Shown here piece by piece: positions 7,969 through 16,956 of a stretch of DNA of 64,000 nt. Each line of letters begins with the position of its first letter. The stretch's first letter is position 1. Where the stretch lies: IMG/VR virus record IMGVR_UViG_3300025120_000019. The stretch is one strand, 5' to 3'. The translations under genes were made by a program, and so were the position numbers. The notes under the pieces are model-generated. The model made no database searches. It was given only the letters and a program-made list of their open reading frames with translations, and was not told the origin of the DNA. Origin of the DNA: a virus.

Positions 7969-8601
7969 ATGGCTTTTAAGCACGTTGGGCGAATTATCGC
8001 AAATAAAAGAAAAGTAATTGTAGCTTATAGAGTAGTACCTGGTGATCCAGATAGTTGCTTGGTAGTACAAACTGAAAATTTATCAGCAGACGAGCATGAT
8101 TCTTTAATTAAGGCTGTAGAGTCTGCGTCAGGACAAGATGCAAATGAATTTGGCGAAGCAATGGCTAGAGTAACATTACCAGATGGTAGAAATATGCTTG
8201 CCGGCTTTCATACAACAGGTAAAATTAGAAAAGTACCTACAGAGTCAGTAGAAATGACTCCAACAAATAATGATACAGTACAATTAAGTGAATTAAATAA
8301 ACTTATTGCTGAACAACAAGGAGTTACTATAGCAGATTTAGCTATTAAAGGTCCAGACGGCAAAACTATTGAACCGTTAGTTGATAGTACTGAAACAGTT
8401 GATCCTGCTAAAGTTTATACAGAGTCGCCTGCTCCAGCAACTGCAAAAACTGATGGTGTGATGTCTGATGCAGATTTAGCGGCTCAATATAGGTCACAAG
8501 CAGATTCTCTGTTTAAAGAAGCAAAGGTACTTAGAGAACAAGCAGAAGATCTTGTTCCTACTAAGAGAAAATCTAGTAAGAAAACTGTGGACGTTGTCTG
8601 A
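7969..8601 (+). CDS. Hypothetical phage protein
   Basis: AAGGAG RBS; 210 aa. Confidence 0.85.
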   Translation: MAFKHVGRIIANKRKVIVAYRVVPGDPDSCLVVQTENLSADEHDSLIKAVESASGQDANEFGEAMARVTLPDGRNMLAGFHTTGKIRKVPTESVEMTPTNNDTVQLSELNKLIAEQQGVTIADLAIKGPDGKTIEPLVDSTETVDPAKVYTESPAPATAKTDGVMSDADLAAQYRSQADSLFKEAKVLREQAEDLVPTKRKSSKKTVDVV

Positions 8602-8890
8602 AGATACCGATAATAGTAAAGTATGGGATGAAATCTTAGACGAGGTAAATTACGATTTTTTACCAATAGAGTATGTAAGTACAATTATTGTTAGATTCGT
8701 AGACGGTAAAACTTGGGAAATAGCCGTTGATAATCGTAGAAGATTGACCGAAGATCCTGGTCATGTTATTGATGAATTTATGCAGGAGTATAAGGATTCT
8801 ATTGATACAGTTGATTTTAGGTTAGATATACCTCGCCTTAAAAAAGATATCACAAGACGTACAAAACGTTTCTTAAAGCTTAATAAGTAA
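8594..8890 (+). CDS. Hypothetical phage protein
   Basis: 3' part of ORF 8552..8890; probable TTG start at 8594. Confidence 0.7.
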   Translation: MSEDTDNSKVWDEILDEVNYDFLPIEYVSTIIVRFVDGKTWEIAVDNRRRLTEDPGHVIDEFMQEYKDSIDTVDFRLDIPRLKKDITRRTKRFLKLNK

Positions 8891-8900
8891 AAGTGCATTA

Positions 8901-8944
8901 TCTCTTTACAGTGATAAATACAAGTAAATAATTACTGTAGGAGA
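8901..8944 (+). promoter_or_regulatory. RBS-sequestering hairpin containing a putative late promoter (GATAAATA 8913-8920)
   Basis: TCTCTTTACAGTGAT pairs with ATTACTGTAGGAGA; the 3' arm contains the AGGAGA RBS of the 8953 gene. Confidence 0.65.
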
Positions 8945-8952
8945 AGTTTCAC

Positions 8953-11079
8953 ATGGCTTTGAGAATTAAAAGAGGGACGAACGCTGAAAGGCTCGCATAT
9001 ACCCCGGAATTAGGCGAACTTATATATGTCACTGATTATTCCAGTGCTAACGTTGCTTCGGTTTACGTAGGGGATGGAAGCACTGCTGGTGGTAATGCTG
9101 TTCAAGGCACAGGTGGCGGAAGCGGCGGATTGGCAGATATTGTCAACGATACTACTCCACAACTAGGCGGAAATTTAGATTTAAATAGTTACGATATTAC
9201 TGGTACCGGAGATATTAATATTACTGGTGGTATTAATGCAACACTTAGTTTAGATGTTAATCTAAATGGATCATTTGGTGGTAATGTGAGTGCTACCACA
9301 ATGACGGCAAATACATTTACTGGTAATGTTGACGGTGATATTGAAGGATCGGTATACGGGGATGATTCTACAATTATTGTTGATGGGCAAAATAACAGAG
9401 TAGTTGCTCCTACATGGTATGGCACAACTCATGCAATGGTTAACACTACAAATAATACTATGAAAGCAGGAAACGTAGCTTTTGGTAGTGTAGAGTTAAA
9501 AGATACTACTAGTGATCGCACTAGTTTAACTATGATTGACGACACATATCCAGACATTGCTTTAACAAGAACTGATGCTGGAGATATTTCTCCCGTAGAT
9601 CCGGTAAGTGCTTATGGTACAATTAGATTCAAAAGAGATGATCAAAATGGGCTAAAAACTGGTGTATATATGCAAGGAGGTAGTGCAGGGTTTGCAATTT
9701 ACAACCTAGCAGACGGTTCAACATTTGATAATAACAGAAGACTATCCTTTACAATGGATGGTAATTTGGGTATAGGAAAAATAGGTGCTACAAAGAAATT
9801 AGATGTAAACGGCTCTGGTATATTTAGTGGATCACTTACTGCCGCTTCAATGCAAGGAACTTTTGTAGCAGATGATTCTACAATACTTGTAGATGGTGTA
9901 GCTGGAAAAGTTAATATTGCTCCTAATAATATTGAGGAATTAGCTAATGTTGTTACCACAACTCCACAAGCAGGACAAGTTTTAAAATACAACGGAAGCG
10001 AATGGGTAAACGGAAGTGACAATGCAGGATCAGGTGGCGCCGGTGGCGGAGGATCAATTGGTGTTGGTGCTGACGATAGTTCTGTAAGACTTATTGAAGC
10101 TGGTGAAAGTTTTCTAATAAAAGGTGGCGCAAACGTAACAACTACAAGTGACGCTGAAGGAAATATTACTATTGTTTCGGCTACTGAATTATCAGGAGAT
10201 ACAACTCCACAACTAGGTGGAAATTTAGATACAAATACAAAAAATATTGCTTTTGGCAATGCAACAACTCCAGGTACAGATAATACACTTATTTTAGGTA
10301 CTGGTAACGATATGCAATTATACCATGATGGTGTAAACAGTTATATCAAAGACGCAGGCGATGGTGGTATAAGAATAGTAACTAATTTGTTTGAAGTAAG
10401 AAATGCGGCAAATAATGAAGTTCAAATAGATGCAACAGAAGATGGAGCAACACGACTTTACTATAACGGTAGTTCTAAAATGCAAACTACAACAAATGGT
10501 GTTACTGTCACAGGCACAATGTCTGGTATTTTTGATGGTGACTTAACTGGAAGTGTATTTGCAGACGATAGTACATTGGTTATTGATGGCACAAATGGTA
10601 CTATACAATGGGCAAGATTAGCAGGAACTCCTACTACACTAGCAGGATACGGAATTACAGATGCGGCGACATCAGCACAAGGTGCATTGGCGGCTAGTGC
10701 AGTACAACCAGCTACACTTGGTAACTTTACGTTTACATCAAGTGTATTAGACTCTTCAGATTCAAGCGGAATTACAGTTACTCCAGCAGTTACTATGAGT
10801 AGTGATTTAAATGTTGAAAACAATCTTAATGTTACTAATGTTATTACTGCAAATAGGTTTACAAGCACTAGTACAGATGATCCAGAAATCAAAGCGAATG
10901 CAAACTTAAAAGTAACAGCAGGAAATGCAGTGGTTATTACAAGTTCTCCAGTAAGATTTTGTAGCTTCACAACAACAGCACGTGATGCTCTTGCTTCAGC
11001 AAATGGTGATATGGTATATAACTCAACCACAAATAAATTCCAAGGATATGCAAACGGTGCTTGGGTAGACTTACACTAA
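8953..11079 (+). CDS. Tail-fibre-like virion structural protein
   Basis: N-terminal 'RIKRGT..R....P..GEL.Y.TD...VGDG.T.GG' phage tail domain; Gly/Thr/Ser/Asp-rich; two DTTPQLGGNLD repeats; four [AG]DDS[ST] repeats; C-terminal 'GDMVYNSTTNKFQGY...WVDLH'. Confidence 0.8.
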   Translation: MALRIKRGTNAERLAYTPELGELIYVTDYSSANVASVYVGDGSTAGGNAVQGTGGGSGGLADIVNDTTPQLGGNLDLNSYDITGTGDINITGGINATLSLDVNLNGSFGGNVSATTMTANTFTGNVDGDIEGSVYGDDSTIIVDGQNNRVVAPTWYGTTHAMVNTTNNTMKAGNVAFGSVELKDTTSDRTSLTMIDDTYPDIALTRTDAGDISPVDPVSAYGTIRFKRDDQNGLKTGVYMQGGSAGFAIYNLADGSTFDNNRRLSFTMDGNLGIGKIGATKKLDVNGSGIFSGSLTAASMQGTFVADDSTILVDGVAGKVNIAPNNIEELANVVTTTPQAGQVLKYNGSEWVNGSDNAGSGGAGGGGSIGVGADDSSVRLIEAGESFLIKGGANVTTTSDAEGNITIVSATELSGDTTPQLGGNLDTNTKNIAFGNATTPGTDNTLILGTGNDMQLYHDGVNSYIKDAGDGGIRIVTNLFEVRNAANNEVQIDATEDGATRLYYNGSSKMQTTTNGVTVTGTMSGIFDGDLTGSVFADDSTLVIDGTNGTIQWARLAGTPTTLAGYGITDAATSAQGALAASAVQPATLGNFTFTSSVLDSSDSSGITVTPAVTMSSDLNVENNLNVTNVITANRFTSTSTDDPEIKANANLKVTAGNAVVITSSPVRFCSFTTTARDALASANGDMVYNSTTNKFQGYANGAWVDLH
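9148..10230 (+). repeat. Internal 33-bp repeat (9148-9180 and 10198-10230) encoding DTTPQLGGNLD
   Basis: gatactactccacaactaggcggaaatttagat vs gatacaactccacaactaggtggaaatttagat (2 mismatches). Confidence 0.85.
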
Positions 11080-11088
11080 GGAGACTCC

Positions 11089-13035
11089 ATGAGCGAGAAA
11101 GAGTATATTGTTACACTTAAAAAAGGTGTAGATTACGATGCATTTAACGCAGAAATGACAGCATCAACTGGTGCTGGTGATATTCCAGACAGAACAGTTG
11201 ATGTAGAAAATGCTAGACCACTAAGTCAACGGAATACACATTATGCACTAACAGATGCAGAAGCTAGTACACTAAGGAGTGATAGTAGAGTTATTGACGT
11301 ACAGATACCTCCACAAGATAGAAGTGATATTGAAATTGGATTTAATGCAGTACAGACAGGTTCGTGGAAAAAAGATACTTCTTCGGGTGATAGCTCTGAT
11401 TTGAATTGGGGGCTAGTGAGAGGTGCATCAGCATCAGATCCTTGGGGATCCGGAACTTCTACAATAACATCAAACTTTAAACATACCCTTACTGGTAAAG
11501 ATGTTGATGTTGTAATACAAGACAGCGGAGTTCAAACAGATCATCCAGAATTTACCGATAGTGCAGGAATATCAAGAATTAGAAATATAGACTGGTATGC
11601 AGAATCAGGAGTGTCAGGTTCACAAAGTGCTAACCATAACAGAGATTATGACGGACACGGTAGTCATTGTGCAGGTACTGTAGCAGGCCGTACAATGGGC
11701 TGGGCAAGAGATGCTAATGTGTACTCAGTAAAAGTAAACGGATTAGAAGGTACAGGCGATAGTGGTACAGGAATAAGTATATCAGATTGTTTTGATGTTA
11801 TTAAAGGTTGGCATAATAACAAACCTATAAATCCAAAAACTGGTTTGATAAATCCTACTGTAGTAAATGCAAGTTGGGGATATAGTGGTCAGAGGAGTTC
11901 AGATCCATCAGCAGGAGTATTTAGAGGTAACGCATGGACATGGGCAGAATACGGTAGTAGTGATAACAACGCTTGGGCAAATGTTGGAGTTGTTCCTGTA
12001 GTATCTGGTTTAAACAGAAAAATAAATGTACGAGTAGCAAGTGTTGATGCAGACTTACAAGAATGTATAGATGCTGGTATTATATTTTGTATTGCGGCTG
12101 GTAACAGTTATTACTACATAGACATTGATAGTGGACCAAACTGGAATGACACAGCCGACTTTGGTAGTGGACAAGAGTATTTGTTTAGAGGAAGTTCTCC
12201 ATATGATACAGAAGCATTTATAGTTGGTAATATAGATTACACATACAAAAACGCAAAAGAACAAAAGGCAGAATCAAGCTGTGCTGGTCCAGGAGTTGGT
12301 ATTTACGCACCAGGTACAGAAATTATTAGTGTAGGAAGTACAGATAATGCTAGTAATTCAAGTACTTTACTTGCATCAGTTGGTGGTCCTAATTCTCCAC
12401 TTGATTCAAATTATAGATTAATGAAAATTTCTGGTACAAGTATGGCGTCTCCGCAAGTGGCAGGAATGGCGGCTTGTATATTAGAAGCTAATCCTATGTT
12501 AACTCCAGCACAGGTTAAAACATATATGGTTAATAATGCAAAAAGTGATTTGCTAAATGATGTTGGAAAATTTACACCAGTATCTTATACTATAGATGCA
12601 ACAAATAGTGGTTCAGGTGCTTATGTACTTAGTAATGGTACAGACCGTAATGGAGCTGTTGCAGGAAATAACGATTCAATAGCAATAAAAGTTGGTGATA
12701 CTGTAGCAATTACAAACAATTCAAGTGGATCACACCCAATGTATTTTAAGTCTGCTAATACAACAGGAACAGGAGACCAAGTTACATCACCGGCGGCTAC
12801 TGGACAAGGGTCTAGTGGTGGAGGAACTGTTTCATGGACACCAACAAAACCTGGCACATTTTATTATATTTGTGCTAATCATAGTGCAATGGTAGGAACT
12901 ATTACAGTAACAACAGATATTGTATGGGATGACCAAGATAGTATATGGGGTGGAAATAACAAATATTTCTTTAGTCCGCTTTGGGACGAAGAAGAAGCAT
13001 TCAGTTCAAATATTTCAGGTAACTTTTCTCTCTAA
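11089..13035 (+). CDS. Subtilisin-like S8 serine protease with prodomain and cupredoxin-like C-terminal insert
   Basis: Catalytic motifs VVIQDSG, DGHGSHCAG, AAGNS, GTSMASPQVAG; 'HPMYF...YYICANHSAMVGTITV' provides H/C/H/M type-1 copper ligands. Confidence 0.9.
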   Translation: MSEKEYIVTLKKGVDYDAFNAEMTASTGAGDIPDRTVDVENARPLSQRNTHYALTDAEASTLRSDSRVIDVQIPPQDRSDIEIGFNAVQTGSWKKDTSSGDSSDLNWGLVRGASASDPWGSGTSTITSNFKHTLTGKDVDVVIQDSGVQTDHPEFTDSAGISRIRNIDWYAESGVSGSQSANHNRDYDGHGSHCAGTVAGRTMGWARDANVYSVKVNGLEGTGDSGTGISISDCFDVIKGWHNNKPINPKTGLINPTVVNASWGYSGQRSSDPSAGVFRGNAWTWAEYGSSDNNAWANVGVVPVVSGLNRKINVRVASVDADLQECIDAGIIFCIAAGNSYYYIDIDSGPNWNDTADFGSGQEYLFRGSSPYDTEAFIVGNIDYTYKNAKEQKAESSCAGPGVGIYAPGTEIISVGSTDNASNSSTLLASVGGPNSPLDSNYRLMKISGTSMASPQVAGMAACILEANPMLTPAQVKTYMVNNAKSDLLNDVGKFTPVSYTIDATNSGSGAYVLSNGTDRNGAVAGNNDSIAIKVGDTVAITNNSSGSHPMYFKSANTTGTGDQVTSPAATGQGSSGGGTVSWTPTKPGTFYYICANHSAMVGTITVTTDIVWDDQDSIWGGNNKYFFSPLWDEEEAFSSNISGNFSL

Positions 13036-14040
13036 TTTGTAAAGTCTTCCAACATTATCATATTGTACTGCTCCAATATATAAATTATTTTTATCGATAT
13101 GCACACTATAACCAAACCAATGTTTTTTACTTGGTTCGGGATTAATATGTTCAATTAGTTCTTCACTAATAAAATTATATAAAAAGATACTTCCATTTTC
13201 ATTTTTATTTGCTCTATAACATCCTATGATAATATCGTTATTGTATCCAGCTATACTACCTCCAAAATAACCATTATGCGTAGTTCCTTTTAAGGTTTTT
13301 ATAAGCTTATAATTTTTATAAATGTAAACTGCACCAACATTATCAGTACTATATGCACCTATTACTACGTAATCTTGAAATGTATAAATGCTGTTGCCAA
13401 ATCCTTTTGCATCATCTGGTGCATAAATTCTATTGCTTAATTCATTATCAGCATATACATACACACGATTTGATTTATGGGCACTTATATAAAGTTTGTC
13501 ATTATCTAGGTGTACAAATCTTCCAAAATTTTCATTTTTTACAGGATTACTTCCGAAATACGAATCAATAAATTTCTTTTGTGTTAAATTATACAAATAA
13601 ACTTTACCATCTTCTCCACCTATAATATTTTTGGCATATGCACCTATAGCAAGCATATTGTTATGTAATGAAATATTATAGCCAAAATAATCTTTTTCTG
13701 ATTTGTCTTCTGCATATACAAGGTGATTAAAAACGTATTGGTTATCGTGCTTGGTGTAAATGTATACACTTCCACCGTTAAGGGCCCGTGTGCCCTGTCT
13801 ATAAGCGCCTATGCATAGGTATTGTTCGTTTATTTCTATAGCTACACCAAAACGTTCACCGTGTTGTGTGCCGTGTATAGTTTGTGTTAATACGCCATCT
13901 TGATATATTTCAACAAAGCCCGGGCCTACTGGCTCATAAGGACTTCCGCATCTGGCTCCTATAACTAAAATATTATCTAAAGTTCTAATACAGCATCCGT
14001 AAAAGGAACTAGGACTAGAGGAAGGATTTATATGATTCAT
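13015..14040 (-). CDS. FG-GAP repeat beta-propeller protein
   Basis: About seven repeats of 'FG..(I/V).....L.IGA......G.VY.Y'; probable ATG at 14040. Confidence 0.8.
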   Translation of the reverse strand: MNHINPSSSPSSFYGCCIRTLDNILVIGARCGSPYEPVGPGFVEIYQDGVLTQTIHGTQHGERFGVAIEINEQYLCIGAYRQGTRALNGGSVYIYTKHDNQYVFNHLVYAEDKSEKDYFGYNISLHNNMLAIGAYAKNIIGGEDGKVYLYNLTQKKFIDSYFGSNPVKNENFGRFVHLDNDKLYISAHKSNRVYVYADNELSNRIYAPDDAKGFGNSIYTFQDYVVIGAYSTDNVGAVYIYKNYKLIKTLKGTTHNGYFGGSIAGYNNDIIIGCYRANKNENGSIFLYNFISEELIEHINPEPSKKHWFGYSVHIDKNNLYIGAVQYDNVGRLYKLERKVT

Positions 14041-14497
14041 AATGTTCTTGTGTAAAATTAACAAAGAATGTTAAACGATAATCGTCATTGTTTTTAACGT
14101 TATGTGGTATTTGAACATTTGTAAATACTGGTTTTTTATAATCGTAACTATCAATTATGGTTTTGTGGTCATCATCATAAAATAATATTTCTGCTGATCC
14201 TTGTAGTTTACAACCTATCCTATATGTAAGATAACTTATATCTTTATGTATTACCATTTCATATTGCGGAGGCATATAAACATATTGATATCCTCTACAC
14301 TCATAAGGAAATTGTTCAAAGAAATGTTTTTTACCTCTTTTGAAACTAAAATACATTTCGTAGTAATCTCGTGTACCAAGTATTTCGCCTTGTGTATTTT
14401 TAATTTTGTACTGATGTAGGTCAGTTTCTTTGTGCCGATTAAAAACATCGAGTAGGTAATTATAGTCTACATCTATATCTAATTCTTTATAAATCAT
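14015..14497 (-). CDS. Fe(II)/2OG-type (DSBH) oxygenase-like protein
   Basis: HxD (IHKD), distal H (IPHNVKN) and R (YRLTF). Confidence 0.65.
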   Translation of the reverse strand: MIYKELDIDVDYNYLLDVFNRHKETDLHQYKIKNTQGEILGTRDYYEMYFSFKRGKKHFFEQFPYECRGYQYVYMPPQYEMVIHKDISYLTYRIGCKLQGSAEILFYDDDHKTIIDSYDYKKPVFTNVQIPHNVKNNDDYRLTFFVNFTQEHYESYKSFL

Positions 14498-15135
14498 TTT
14501 GCATCCAAGTTGTTTATTACCCAATCAATACTTTCTTTGCATAACAGGGCATTTACTATCAACCACATACTATCTCTTTTTGGGCTTGCATTAAATAGAC
14601 TGTGTTGCTTTGTAGTATTAATAAAATACATTTTAGTATGCTCAAAAAATAATGTGGTATCTTCTAGCATAAATCTACAAAAAGGTGCATTACAATTATA
14701 TATAGGCACAATTAATCTAAATGTATTTTGTATGCCTTTACTATGATCCCTATGAGGTGGAAAATAACCACCAGGACGTAATTTTATAAAATGTGTTCTA
14801 ACACACCAGTGTTTTATATCTTTTAGAAAATTATTTACAGCATTGCTTTCATAATAAATTTCTGTAGGTTTATTAAAGTCTGTTTCTCCCCATTCAGTAT
14901 TATTTTCAGCATTGTATTGTTTTAAGCTATCTAACGCTGGTCCTGGGCCAGTTTCTCCTCTTTCATTAATTATGCAAAGTCCGTCTCTCGGAATATTATC
15001 TCTAGGGTTATATTTTGTAAATTTATTATCGAATGTTTTTATATCTTGTTTTACACTACTGTCAATACTTGTAGTTAAAGGAATAAAATCTCCAAATTGT
15101 AAAATATCCCAAATACTATATTCCGAACTGTCCAT
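14494..15135 (-). CDS. Aspartyl/asparaginyl beta-hydroxylase-like Fe(II)/2OG oxygenase
   Basis: 'LRPGGYFPPHRD...FRLIVPI...FINTTKQHSLFN'. Confidence 0.75.
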   Translation of the reverse strand: MDSSEYSIWDILQFGDFIPLTTSIDSSVKQDIKTFDNKFTKYNPRDNIPRDGLCIINERGETGPGPALDSLKQYNAENNTEWGETDFNKPTEIYYESNAVNNFLKDIKHWCVRTHFIKLRPGGYFPPHRDHSKGIQNTFRLIVPIYNCNAPFCRFMLEDTTLFFEHTKMYFINTTKQHSLFNASPKRDSMWLIVNALLCKESIDWVINNLDAK

Positions 15136-15994
15136 CAATGTATCCTTTGAATTTTTTATTGATGTTTCTCCATAGATCTAACATATCAATTTGACACCAA
15201 TTATCAACAAGCCTTGGTTTTTCTATTCCTAACGGATCGTGTTTACAAGTCCAAAAATCCATAACAAAAGGCTGTACTTTACCACTCTTCTGCGGTTCAA
15301 ATCCAAAATATTCACCTTTGTGTGTTGCTGTCATACTATGGCACCCCATTAATGCCGCGTGGTTACCCTTATTGAAAATAACTTTGTTTATACCCTTACT
15401 TCCGTCTCTATCAGGAATAAACTTTAAGAATGGTTTTTGATGATATTCTTCAAACTCACCAAGTCCACGTAAATGACCAATAGCTTCAGGTCCTACCCAA
15501 CGCATATCTTTTACATCCCACCAATCTTTCATACCCATGCTACTTAAACTTTTTCCATCATATTGTCTAAGCCCTTTTATCATACCCCAAAGTGTATCCC
15601 AACAATCCTTGTCACTATATTCAACTGTTGGCATATGCACAGTTTTTTTCCTATGTGCATCTACACAACTAGGTGCTTGCCACCACGTAGTTGCTTGATA
15701 AGGAATATTAATCTTGTTTCTCCATAAAAAGTCTGTAATATCCATATTAATAAAATGTCCGTGACAATTATCGTGTTCTCCAATTTGAAAAACAAATTCT
15801 TCACCAGTTGGTTTGATATTACACCATTTTTTTGTAAATTTTCCTACTTTATAATATACTTTTGCTTTTGAAAATTTTCCATTAACAAGTGTATTGCTTT
15901 TTATATCCATAACTTCGATGGTTTCTAAATCACTAAATGATTTCCAAAATTTATTGTAATCTAAATTATTAAATGGATAACTGTAAAATGTCAT
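15116..15994 (-). CDS. Hypothetical protein (Trp/His/Cys-rich)
   Basis: 292-aa ORF coupled to neighbours; no family recognised. Confidence 0.75.
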   Translation of the reverse strand: MTFYSYPFNNLDYNKFWKSFSDLETIEVMDIKSNTLVNGKFSKAKVYYKVGKFTKKWCNIKPTGEEFVFQIGEHDNCHGHFINMDITDFLWRNKINIPYQATTWWQAPSCVDAHRKKTVHMPTVEYSDKDCWDTLWGMIKGLRQYDGKSLSSMGMKDWWDVKDMRWVGPEAIGHLRGLGEFEEYHQKPFLKFIPDRDGSKGINKVIFNKGNHAALMGCHSMTATHKGEYFGFEPQKSGKVQPFVMDFWTCKHDPLGIEKPRLVDNWCQIDMLDLWRNINKKFKGYIDGQFGI

Positions 15995-16956
15995 ATTTTA
16001 TTAACCTTAATTGTTTTATGATTTATTTTTGTTACTGTGCGTTTTAAGTCACTATACCCAAATTGTTGTGCTATTGTATATATACACTCAACTTGGCTTT
16101 TGAATGTAATCTGGTTAGGTGATATTTTTTTGTTAAAAAAATAATCTAAAACATTATGCCCGGCTATATCTCTATCGTAAGACCCTGCTTCAAAGCCCCC
16201 AGCAGGTCTGCAATTAAAATCCATATTGTACAAACAATTTTCTTCTTTTGGTTTTACAAATTGCCAAAATACAAATTTATTTGGTAGTTTTATTTTAGTT
16301 TTTAATATACGCATATAACTATCAATCTCTTGCGTATGCTCTAGATAAGGACTTACACTATCTACAGGACAGTTATCTTTATAATTTACTTTATGATAAC
16401 AGTAAGGATGCCAATAGTTATTATTGTCTACAAATGCGTGAACCGCAATAGTATAATCAATATCAATATATTTTTGTGTAAATGTATTTGGTTCCCTAAT
16501 GAATTTATTATCAGTAATATAAAAATCAGTTCCACCGCTATTGCCTGCATCTTTTTTTACAATTATTTTACTTCCGGTTGTTGGTAAAACTGGAATATTT
16601 AAATTAGAACAAATTTTATGCTGGATACTTTTATATATTATAAAATCTTTTGAAATATTATCTAAACTTTTGTTAAATATCCATCTATTCAAATTATTTT
16701 CAAGTTCAATCCAATTCTTTTGATCTCTAAAATTAATTAAATGAGTAGGCTTAATTTGATATTCTTCAAAGTATCTTAGATAAGGTCCTGCAGAAAAAAA
16801 GTCTTCTTTTTTAAAATAAATTACATTAGGAATTTGTTCACTTACAAGGCTCTTAGTTTCTTCCATATCAAAAATTAAATAGTCTTCATTATTTTTATTC
16901 AAATAACTAATTACCGATTCATATTTTTTTCTTCCACCTAAAACTATTTTTGTCAT
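15991..16956 (-). CDS. ATP-grasp fold protein
   Basis: 'IIVKKDAGNSGG', 'FTQKYID' and 'YNMDFNCRPAGG' correspond to ATP-grasp VK..G.GG, QEYI and E.N.R motifs. Confidence 0.6.
   Translation of the reverse strand: MTKIVLGGRKKYESVISYLNKNNEDYLIFDMEETKSLVSEQIPNVIYFKKEDFFSAGPYLRYFEEYQIKPTHLINFRDQKNWIELENNLNRWIFNKSLDNISKDFIIYKSIQHKICSNLNIPVLPTTGSKIIVKKDAGNSGGTDFYITDNKFIREPNTFTQKYIDIDYTIAVHAFVDNNNYWHPYCYHKVNYKDNCPVDSVSPYLEHTQEIDSYMRILKTKIKLPNKFVFWQFVKPKEENCLYNMDFNCRPAGGFEAGSYDRDIAGHNVLDYFFNKKISPNQITFKSQVECIYTIAQQFGYSDLKRTVTKINHKTIKVNKI

Noticed and set aside
9148-10230. Repeat pair in the fibre gene as a diversity-generating retroelement TR/VR
   Set aside because: Short, in-frame, synonymous differences only, and no reverse transcriptase in the window.
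9189-12857. Long antisense ORFs over the tail-fibre and S8 genes (e.g. 9699..10259, 10461..11030)
   Set aside because: Shadow frames from the codon bias of Gly/Thr/Ser/Ala-rich genes; no RBS or motifs.
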